Source of the DNA: Nemertoderma westbladi
Taxonomy: Eukaryota; Animalia; Xenacoelomorpha
Assembly: GCA_032718475.1 (NCBI GenBank)
Contig: JAUCBJ010001854.1
Span: 1 to 44,733 of the forward strand
Length of the DNA: 44,733 bases
Direction: 5' to 3'
Position 1 is the first letter of the stretch. Every line of letters starts with the position of its first letter. A program made the translations under genes and the position numbers. The notes under the pieces are model-generated. The model worked only from the letters and a program-made list of their open reading frames with translations. It was not told where the DNA came from and did no database searches. This document shows positions 24,517 to 35,248 of the stretch, piece after piece.

Positions 24517-25357
24517 GTGGCTGGCCACGAGAAAAGGGACCTTATGTCGCAAAACCTGATTCTGAGATAATCGCGTTTAAAGTTTCCCTCTATTTTTGAA
24601 CAAATTTAATTGGATTATCAATTTAGAAATGTATAAAACGATGAGGGAAATTCAAATTGGTTCTGATATTCAATATACCTAGGAAATAACTAATTACAGG
24701 AAGCAATATAAGATGTTGCAGTGTTGTATACAACACTGTCTTAGGGTTTTCATGTCTGAATTTAGGACTGTAATAAATTGAAATTGTAATACTGTAATAG
24801 GTACTGTAGGCCTACAGTTATTTTTTAAATGTAATATGGCTGTCATTTTCTTAATTTAAATTCGTTAGTTCTTAAATTTTGTAATCCCAATAAAGAATTC
24901 AAAATACAAATAATTTTAAAATTTGTTAAAAAAATTTATCTTTTTGAAAAAATGTTAAATTAAAAAAAAAATTTTTTGGTTAGGCCTACATGTTTTTTTG
25001 AAAATTTTGCAAATTTTTTTTTTAAATAGTTCATGAACAATATTAATAGTTTCAAAGTGTTAAAAGTTGTATAAAAAGCCGATTAACATTGAACTGCCTA
25101 ACTATATAGTAAGAATTGCTATGATATTATTAATATTTTCCATTTTTTTAAATAATCGCTTCTTATAACCGCTATTAATAAAAAATTTTTTGCTACCCGA
25201 TTCACCTTCACATAAATCGCTATAACTTTTTTTTAGAAATTGATATTGAGACACCGTTTTTTTTGTTAAAATCTCTGGAAAATTCTGCATCTCGTAGGCC
25301 TAATAACTCAAAATCGACCTCCGGTGACATAAGGTCCCTTTTCTCGTGGCCAGCCAC
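24517..25357. mobile_element. 841-bp non-autonomous DNA transposon (MITE), possibly Sola1-type, inserted in gag
   Basis: Perfect 32-bp TIRs GTGGCTGGCCACGAGAAAAGGGACCTTATGTC (24517-24548 and 25326-25357). ATTT TSD on both sides. AT-rich non-coding interior. Removing it restores ...DEFLKKSLTERRE in frame. Confidence 0.93.
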
Positions 25358-28300
25358 ATTTCTTTAGGAATTCATCACACATATTCAAGCGATGGGTCCC
25401 ATCACATAGCGCACATTTCGGTTTGATGTTACTTACCTTATTTTGCGTAACATTGTGCACACTTGTTTTTTCTTCGGGCTTTCTCACCTGAATTCTCTTG
25501 GGAGACGTAGGAGGAGTTTTTCTTACCTGTTCTCTCCTGTCATTGGTTCGAGACTTGAATTTACTTACCTGATCTTTAGGCATTTTATTGACATAATAAG
25601 ATCTGTCAGTGTCTTTCCCGCTATCTTCTCCTTGAGAAGTCTGGCTTTCGCCGTCGTCTGTGTAACACACTGGTGTTACCCTTCTCCTAGAGACGGGTTT
25701 TTCACTTACCTTGTTTTCAGGTGTCTTCTCTCTGGACAGTTTTAGGAGCTGTAATTTCACTTCTCCATCTAGGAATGACATGAGATCAGCCATGGTAGGG
25801 TCTCGTCGTTGTTGTTCCATCATATATAACACTTTCTTATCCCAGCGTGTACCTACTCCACCCTTCGGTAAAGTAGAAGCCACTGCTCTAATAACCATAG
25901 CATTCTGATACTCATGAGACTTACCTAGCCAATCTAATTGTCTGCAGATCTCTTGAATCTCATCGGAAAACTCTATAATTCCGCTGCTAATAAACTTTCG
26001 GGGCGCTACCAACTTTGCATACAAATACCCAGCTATGTTATTCCTATTACCATACCTGATGTTTAGTGTATCCCAAACTTGTCTTAATCCGTCTGGATGT
26101 CAAATAAACTTTAACGCCATTAACTTGGGAGATCCTTCCAAGCACTCGATGAGGAATCTAAGTTTCTCTCCATTAGATAGCACAGAGTTCTGTATGTTAT
26201 CTTTGTAATATTCATTAAAAGGTAACCATTTCATCTCATCTCCATTGAACTTGACGATCTCTCCCACCTTTACCGCTTGCCGGGCTTCGGTTCTAGCCAT
26301 TTGACGCGTAAAACTTTCTTGGGCCATCGAGTTATTTAATATCGAGTTATCGGTATATAAATTTCTCGGATTATGATCCGGTCTATAGGGAATATCATTA
26401 TCAACAGGTCTATAATTACCCTTAATAGGGTTCACTATAGGAGTTTCTACTTCGCTAGCAGTATAGATGCGTGTAGGCTCCACACCTTGTGCATGAGATA
26501 CTTCAGACCTAACAGGTTGACACATTGTTACAGGGGGTGGTGGTATACCCTTTTGTGTATTTACTAATTTATCGCGTTCTAGCGCGATACTTTGCTGCAC
26601 TTCTTGCAACTCTAGCCTACTTTCCCTTACTGTGCCCTTGAATTGCTGAACGGTCTCCTGCATCTGTCCGAGCAGGAGATCCATCCCCCGTCGTCTCTCA
26701 TCCGCCCATTCGACCGCCGAAGCGGGATTCGCCAACGTTGTAGCGGGCGGATGAGGGACAACGGGCGACAAATCATGAATATTTCGCTCGGAGTCCAGGG
26801 CATGAACTGTCTCATGGGCTGTTCTGCTGGGCACAGCTAGCTTAGTACTGTGCAAAGGGAATTTAGAGGTAGGTTCAGGGAGTACAGGTGTCTCTACCAC
26901 CGAAAGGGTAGCAGGCCTAATTATTTCAGGCTCATCTACTATAGTAGGGAGTCTCTCTATTGTAATTATTTGGTCTGTGGGTTCTGTACTACCTAAGTTG
27001 GTGTTATTTAGTTGCCTTCTAACAGCTGGAGGCAAATCAGGCAATTTCTGACGGTGGGATGTTCTTTTACGTCTGCTTAGGTGAGATCTATTTCCTTTGC
27101 CTTCAGTATCGGTGGTATCGCCTTCCTCAGATGATGTATATCCCTGTCTTTTGGGAGTAGATCGATTCATCATCTGCATATTACTAGCTGTTAACTGTTT
27201 ATTTATGCAGTCTTGATTCTCCTGAATATTTTCCAGTTCTAATTGGGCGATCTCTTCAGCCGCTATCCGTTCTGCTTCTGCCGCTGCCATTGCCGCTTTT
27301 CTTTCCATTTCGGCTGCTTTTCTTTTCGCTTCTGCCTCTGCCGCTGCCGCTTTTCTTTCCATTTCGGCTGCTTTGCTTTCCTCTTCGGCTGCTTTCCTTT
27401 CCGCTTCGGCAGCTGCTACTGCTGCTTTCTTTCTGTCTTCTATACGTTTTTTCTTTACTTGTTCTTCTTGGACTCGTGTGATGCGGAGTTGTTCATCAAA
27501 TTTAGCCTGGTTCGCAGCCCTCATTTCCACATCGATGGCATCCAACACACGCTGAGTTCCTTCACTATTAGGGCTAAGTCCATCTAACCTTCTCCTCAAC
27601 TCTTCATCACCTAAAAAACGTTGATAGTCTGACAGATAGATGTCAATGGCATCCCTCTTATGCGGCTTCTCTGCCGTCGCTTCACTTTCCACTTGGGAAA
27701 AAGTAGCGTCTGTTGATTCTCCATGGGTTGAGCGCTCCTCCAGCTGAGCTTTCCACTGAGCCGTTCCTTGAACCTGGAGACTCACCCATTGAAACCAAGT
27801 CTTTACGGCAACTTGCAACGACGTGTCTTGTCTTCTTTTAGAAGCCTCCTCAAAGGCCGATAAGATTAGTCTGATTCGCAGAATTCTTTCTCTAACTTGA
27901 TAAAGCAGTTGTCCCTGCTCTTGAGGTCCTTGTGGTTGTTGAAACAGTTGTCCTTTTACTCGCTCCATAGAGCTGAAGAATCCCTGTGCGTATCCGGCTG
28001 CGGACCTCTTCCACACAGCTGGATCGATGGTTTCCTTGGCTACTCCCATCTGGTGTATGTCTTCCCAGGCAGCTTCTGATAAATCAAACGGGAGTCCGGG
28101 TCCGGGGAAGTTCCATTGCGACTCGACAATAGACTTCAGTTCTTCCCTTGTGTATCCTGCATAACTATCTTTAGTTGATCGCTGACTTCTCGCCCAATCG
28201 ATCTGGTGTTCTTCCACCGCGATCAATATCCTAGTGAGTACTGCTGCAGGAAGGATGAGAAGGGGATCCGAATAAACCGCATCCGTCATCTTTGCTCCGC

Positions 28301-28604
28301 GCTCGGGTGTCAGCTCTACAGTATCCTCACTACTGGAGCTGTCGGGCCGCTGAGAAGTAAGTTCTTGGCTCGCGGGTTGTTGCTGTTCCGCTGCTTCTTG
28401 GTCCCGCTTGACCTGAGCTCGAGTGCCTATGATAGACCTATGGTGTTGGACCAGCCTAGGTTCTGATATTACTACTGGAGGGATGACCTTCCTCACAGTG
28501 GGAGGTGAACTGAACTTAGGACTAGATGGTTCTACACCTCTATCTGAGTTGCAGATAGTTACATCTAATAAACTGTCTGACAGGTTCTGCTTAGTATCAC
28601 ACAT
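25358..28604 (-). pseudogene. BEL/Pao gag with long N-terminal extension; in-frame TGA at 26100-26102
   Basis: First ATG at 28604. DUF1759-like segment KFNGDEMKW...KLRFLIECLEG...*HPDGLRQVWDTLNIRYGN reads through the stop in one frame. CALCDGTHRLNMC knuckle. Confidence 0.88.
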
Positions 28605-28734
28605 GTTTGTGTGCACAGTTGAATGCCTACTGCTATATTACAGTCTAAGCAAGTCTAGTAATTCAGTATTAACTGTTAGCCTAGTAATTAATTACCGATA
28701 CTGCTACTCAGTGTAGCGTGATGTATATAATATT

Positions 28735-28985
28735 AGAATACCGGTATGCTTATAGTATATATAAGTATTATTAGTAACTAGAATTAATTACAGAATACCG
28801 GTATGATTTCAGCCTAAATTTATGTATATAATCGGCCTATCGTGAATACCGGTATACAGCTTACACTTATAATGTATATATATAAGTATAATTACAGACT
28901 AGAATTAATTACAGAATACCGGTATGATTTCAACCTATATTTATAAAAATAAAGATAGTAAACCTATTGTAAATACCGGTATATC
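28735..28985. repeat. ~120-bp tandem duplication in the retrotransposon leader
   Basis: ACTAGAATTAATTACAGAATACCGGTATGATTTC at ~28777 and ~28898. AATACCGGTAT recurs about every 60 bp. Confidence 0.8.
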
Positions 28986-29939
28986 AATTATTTTAGAATA
29001 ATTGAACTTCTGAATTTTAAGGGTTACTTGGTTACTTTAACTTACTTTATTACCGTTATTTAAGCAGTAGTCCAACTGATATTGAGACCTAATTGTTGTA
29101 TGGCAGGCCTACTATTGATAAATCGTTTGAGTTGATTTATAATATATATACCCGTTGAAATGGGTTTTTGTCAATGTTTGAAATAAATGTTATTATTTCT
29201 GGGGGAGTCACTACACATAAGCTGTGCGCTCTCAGTGGAGTGCTACTTGTTAGACACTAAAACAAATAATTCTAATTTAACTAAGTTACTTAATACTACA
29301 AATTACGTACAATTCCGGTTGAGATTACAATCTCTAAATAAACACAAAAAATTTAATTACAAATACACAAATACGAATTTTTAGGGTAATTTTACAAGAA
29401 GTCTACTAACCAGCCTAACAAAGGGTTAGAATATCTGGTTATTACAACGGACAGGTTACTACGGTATTTGAAAATAATAAGTAGTAGTAAATATATTGCG
29501 CTGTCCAGATAGGAAAATACCACCGTCTGACGACCTATAGCCGTATCGCTATAGGTACTACGTTATGTATCACGGAGTGTTCCTACCTAGAGATTAATTA
29601 CCGCGGTCTACCAGAACCAACGTGCCTATTAACCACTTTACAACACAAATATACTGCCTACACACTAATCACCTTCGGAAAGTACTGTACACTAAACCCT
29701 AAATTAGGTACAAGTACTTGTACAACAAATAATTAGTAGTTAAAATACTTGAACAGCTAAAAGAACCACGGTATCTGCCGGAGTGACCAAAGCACAAAAT
29801 CTCCAGTCTTTACCTACGCCGAGCAGCCCTGATGTAGTACCGGGGTTAGTTTAACTATAATGGTATGTATAACAAGCACAATTACTGTAGGAATAAACTT
29901 GGGGATATGAATGTTGCGAATAATCGCATAAACTCTGAA

Positions 29940-30515
29940 TAATAAATATTACGCTACGCGTACAAACCACTCAAACAAAATGCAGACCAAATACTGACCG
30001 ACTACTATCAAGCCTAAACAAACTACGGTATATGCAGACTCCGAAATGATTAGTTAGTATGCGTTCTAACCCAGTAGTACGACTTATTCTTTCACAGGGG
30101 GTTTACATCACAGCACTTGAAGCCCCTACTTTCCCAACTAGCACTTTATCGGACAGATGCTCTACACACACCGAAATTTCCTCAAACACAACAACAGCCA
30201 GACAACTATCCAGCCTACAAATTATCTAAATAAAATTATACGCTACCCGTACAGACTACACAAACAAAGTACAGACCAAACGCTGGCGGACTCCTATCAA
30301 GCCTAAATAAACCACAGGAAATGCAGACTCCGAAATGGTTAGGTAGTATGCGTTCTAACCCAGTAGTACGACTTATTCTTTAGATGGGGGTTTACCTTAC
30401 AGCTATGTCTGCCCCTACTTCCTAACCGTTCTTTATCGGACATACACTCTACATGCACTGCAATCCGTTCAGACCTAATCAACAGTCAGAACAACAGTCC
30501 AGCCTACAAATTGTC
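29940..30515. repeat. ~289-bp diverged tandem duplication in the retrotransposon leader
   Basis: Two alignable copies with an identical 38-nt core at 30055-30092 and 30344-30381. Confidence 0.88.
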
Positions 30516-30792
30516 TGTACGATCTGAGCAGGGTTACACGCCTTCTGCTCAATATCAACCTACTAGTAAATAAAATTGACAGAAATAAATAAGCTCCAGA
30601 AGAGACAAGGGGTGTACAGTCCCTAATCTCTTAAGCAGCCTACTAACACAATATCACAATCGAAATAATACTGTTGTACCTGTACTGTAAGTACCGGTTC
30701 GGATGCTCAGGCAGTCAGGCCTACTGGTTACCGGTCGACCGGTACTTTCGACTAGATTGCTTACACCGCAATCCAGAAGCATTATCTGTTAT

Positions 30793-31955
30793 TGTTTGCG
30801 CTTTTAAGACCTTGACAGTTTAACCTGCCAAATTAGGATGTCTTTTAGATGATATATAGTCTTTAGCCTATGACGAGTATTTGATACACTACATTAGCCG
30901 AAGCCAGTCTATGCGCAATCATTCACCCGTTGGATATACCCGGGAGACTGAATTCGGAAGCTTAATGATTGATGGTGTAAGCCTACCGTATTATTCGACT
31001 GATCGTTATATATAATCTCTGACAAATATTATTCACTTTCGGGAAATATTAACAGTTCCTTTAGGACGTGGCGCTCTAAATATGTAAACAGAGTTATGAC
31101 TTAAACTAGACACAACGAAAAGGCTATAGATTCACGTATATGGCGCATTCTTTAGGAGATGCTTTGTTATCAATTACAATCATACACAATGCTGCACAAT
31201 ACTGCACACTAATCTGCCGACCTTCACTATATTTAGTCACGTATAAAGAGAGCAACATACAATTTATGTCGGGCCTATGAAACAGCATTAGATTCACTTC
31301 AAACCACTTAACATAGGTCGCAATCGTTTATCTGTAACCGGTCTCTCTAACCTTTAGTATATCAAGAAGGTGGGGTGTCTGACTATTGATCAGTATTCCG
31401 ATATAATATTTCATCAACAAATATAATGAATAACCGACAGTAAAAGCAGTAATATTAGTAAGATATGCTAAGTTAACTCGGTTTGTTGAGTAAGATAAGT
31501 TTGGTATGATTTGATAACAGATATACGTTCTATAATTAAGCCTACTAATGTTAAACTAAAGACTGAAACACGGAGGTGCCAAAAGCCGATGTTCTTAGGC
31601 TCTGGGCAAAACATAACACTGAACTACTGAGTTTCTGTATCCAACTCCAACACAGAGACAAAAAACGCTCTGATTGGTCGACCGAACAACGAGAGAACAA
31701 AGAAACAAAGAAATGTCGACGTGGCAATATCAGCTGTTAGCCGTCGTCATGGTAGCGACACTGTTTTCAAGAGGATCTAGCTTATTGCGTCACGAGATTG
31801 CGGATTATGTCCTCTAAAGTACAAATACAGAAGAAATGACTTTTATGTCCTCTAAAACACCAGTACAGTAAGGACACGGCCCTTTTATGCCTGGTAAACC
31901 AACTACAGAGTACTTTACGGGAGAATAACCGGTTAATTACGCAAAAGCTTTTACA
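30793..31955 (-). repeat. 5' LTR
   Basis: TG...CA ends, 1163 bp. Minus-strand CCAAT at ~31672-31676 and Inr-like TCAGT motifs at ~31561-31630. Confidence 0.97.
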
Positions 31956-34900
31956 CACCCCTACCTTCGGGTAGCAGATAGGAGTAGCGCCCACCCCTAC
32001 CTTCGGGTAGCAGATAGGAGTAGCGCCCACCCCTACCTTCGGGTAGCAGATAGGAGTAGCGTCCACCCCTACCTTCGGGTAGCAGATAGGAGTAGCGCCC
32101 ACCCCTACCTTCGGGTAGCAGATAGGAGTAGCGCCCACCCCTACCTTCGGGTAGCAGATAGGAGTAGCGCCCACCCCTACCTTCGGGTAGCAGATAGGAG
32201 TAGCGTCCACCCCTACCTTCGGGTAGCAGATAGGAGTAGCGCCCACCCCTACCTTCGGGTAGCAGATAGGAGTAGCGCCCACCCCTACCTTCGGGTAGCA
32301 GATAGGAGTAGCGTCCACCCCTACCTTCGGGTAGCAGATAGGAGTAGCGCCCACCCCTACCTTCGGGTAGCAGATAGGAGTCGCGCCCACCCCTACCATC
32401 GGGTAGCAGATAGGAGTAGCACCCACCCCTACCTTCGGGTAGCAGATAGGAGTCGCGCCCACCCCTACCATCGGGTAGCAGATAGGAGTAACGCCTACCC
32501 CTACCTTCGGGTAGCAGATAGGAGTAGCGCCCACCCCTACCTTCGGGTAGCAGATAGGAGTCGCGCCCACCCCTACCTTCGGGTAGCAGATAGGAGTAGC
32601 GCCCACCCCTACCTTCGGGTAGCAGATAAGAGTAGCGCCCACCCCTACCTTCGGGAAGCAGATAGGAGTAGCGCCCACAACTACCTTCGGGTAGCAGATA
32701 AGAGTAGCACCCACCCCTACCTTCGGGTAGCAGATAGGAGTAGCGTCCACCCCTACCTTCGGGTAGCAGATAGGAGTAGCGCCCACCCCTACCTTCGGGT
32801 AGCAGATAGGAGTAGCGCCCACCCCTACCTTCGGGTAGCAGATAGGAGTCGCGCCCACCCCTACCATCGGGTAGCAGATAGGAGTAACGCCTACCCCTAC
32901 CTTCGGGTAGCAGATAGGAGTAGCGCCCACCCCTACCTTCGGGTAGCAGATAGGAGTCGCGCCCACCCCTACCTTCGGGTAGCAGATAGGAGTAGCGCCC
33001 ACCCCTACCTTCGGGTAGCAGATAAGAGTAGCGCCCACCCCTACCTTCGGGAAGCAGATAGGAGTAGCGCCCACAACTACCTTCGGGTAGCAGATAAGAG
33101 TAGCACCCACCCCTACCTTCGGGTAGCAGATAGGAGTAGCGTCCACCCCTACCTTCGGGTAGCAGATAGGAGTAGCGCCCACCCCTACCTTCGGGTAGCA
33201 GATAGGAGTAGCGCCCACCCCTACCTTCGGGTAGCAGATAGGAGTAGCGTCCACCCCTACCTTCAGGTAGCAGATAGGAGTAGCGCCCACCCCTACCTTC
33301 GGGTAGCAGATAGGAGTCGCGCCCACCCCTACCATCGGGTAGCAGATAGGAGTAGCGCCCACCCCTACCTTCGGGTAGCAGATAGGAGTCGCGCCCACCC
33401 CTACCATCGGGTAGCAGATAGGAGTAACGCCTACCCCTACCTTCGGGTAGCAGATAGGAGTAGCGCCCACCCCTACCTTCGGGTAGCAGATAGGAGTCGC
33501 GCCCACCCCTACCTTCGGGTAGCAGATAGGAGTAGCGCCCACCCCTACCTTCGGGTAGCAGATAAGAGTAGCACCCACCCCTACCTTCGGGAAGCAGATA
33601 GGAGTAGCGCCCACAACTACCTTCGGGTAGCAGATAAGAGTAGCACCCACCCCTACCTTCGGGTAGCAGATAGGAGTAGCGTCCACCCCTACCTTCGGGT
33701 AGCAGATAGGAGTAGCGCCCACCCCTACCATCGGGTAGCAGATAGGAGTAGCGCCCACCCCTACCTTCGGGTAGCAGATAGGAGTAGCGCCCACCCCTAC
33801 CTTCGGGTAGCAGATAGGAGTAGCGCCCACCCCTACCTTCGAGTAGCAGATAGGAGAAGCGCCCACCCCTACCCTCGGGTAGCAGATAGGAGAAGCGCCC
33901 ACCCTTACCTTCGGGTAGCAGATAGGAGTAGCGCCCACCCCCACCTTCGGTAACAGATAAGAGTATCGCCCACCCCTACCTTCGGGTAGCAGATAAGAGT
34001 AGCGCCCACCCCTACCTTCGGGTAGCAGATAGGAGTAGCGCCCACCCCTACCTTCGGGTAGCAGATAAGAGTAGCGCCTACCCCTACCTTCGGGCAGCAG
34101 ATAGGAGTAGCGCCCACCCCTACCTTCGGGTAGCAGATAAGAGTAGCGCCCACCCCTACCTTCGGGAAGCAGGTAGGAGTAGCGCCCACCCCTACCTTCG
34201 GGTAGCAGATAAGAGTAGCGCCCACCCCTACCTTCGGGTAGCAGACAAGAGTAACGCTCACCCCTACCTTCGGGCAGCAGATAGGAGTAGCGCCCACCCC
34301 TACCTTCGGGTAGCAGATAGGAGTAGCGCCCACCCCTACCTTCGGGAGCAGATAGGAGTAGCGCCCACCCCTACCTTCGGGAAGCAGATAGGAGTAGCGC
34401 CCACAACTACCTTCGGGTAGCAGATAAGAGTAGCACCCACCCCTACCTTCGGGTAGCAGATAGGAGTAGCGTCCACCCCTACCTTCGGGTAGCAGATAGG
34501 AGTAGCGCCCACCCCTACCATCGGGTAGCAGATAGGAGTAGCGCCCACCCCTACCTTCGGGTAGCAGATAGGAGTAGCGCCCACCCCTACCTTCGGGAGC
34601 AGATAGGAGTAGCGCCCACCCCTACCCTCGGGTAGCAGATAAGAGTAGCGCCCACCCCTACCTTCGGGAAGCAGATAGGAGTAGCGCCCACAACTACCTT
34701 CGGGTAGCAGATAAGAGTAGCACCCACCCCTACCTTCGGGTAGCAGATAGGAGTAGCGTCCACCCCTACCTTCGGGTAGCAGATAAGAGTAGCGCCTACC
34801 CCTACCTTCGGGCAGCAGATAGGAGTAGCGCCCACCCCTACCTTCGGGTAGCAGATAAGAGTAGCGCCCACCCCTACCTTCGGGAAGCAGGTAGGAGTAG

Positions 34901-35248
34901 CGCCCACCCCTACCTTCGGGTAGCAGATAAGAGTAGCGCCCACCCCTACCTTCGGGTAGCAGACAAGAGTAACGCTCACCCCTACCTTCGGGCAGCAGAT
35001 AGGAGTAGCGCCCACCCCTACCTTCGGGTAGCAGATAGGAGTAGCGCCCACCCCTACCTTCGGGAGCAGATAGGAGTAGCGCCCACCCCTACCCTCGGGT
35101 AGCAGATAGGAGTAGCGCCCACCCCTACCTTCGGGCAGCAGATAGGAGTAGCGCCCACCCCTACCTTCGGGTAGCAGATAGGAGTAGCGCCCACCCCTAC
35201 CTTCGGGTAGCAGATAGGAGTAGTGCCCACCCCTACCTTCGGGTAGCA
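31956..35248. repeat. 36-bp tandem array, right part (~91 units)
   Basis: Same unit, resuming in phase after the TSD. More variants and single-base deletions toward the right end. Confidence 0.98.

Larger units (their letters stand above)
12541..31955 (-). mobile_element. Full-length BEL/Pao LTR retrotransposon (19.4 kb) with extra ORF
   Basis: Two 1163-bp TG...CA LTRs. 5-bp TSD CACCC at 12536-12540 and 31956-31960. Gag-PR-RT-RH-IN order with BEL-type motifs. Confidence 0.97.

Noticed and set aside
26097-26102. Programmed readthrough at TGA-C in gag
   Set aside because: The stop lies mid-way through the DUF1759-like domain, and BEL gag-pol is usually one ORF. A CGA/TGG to TGA mutation is simpler.
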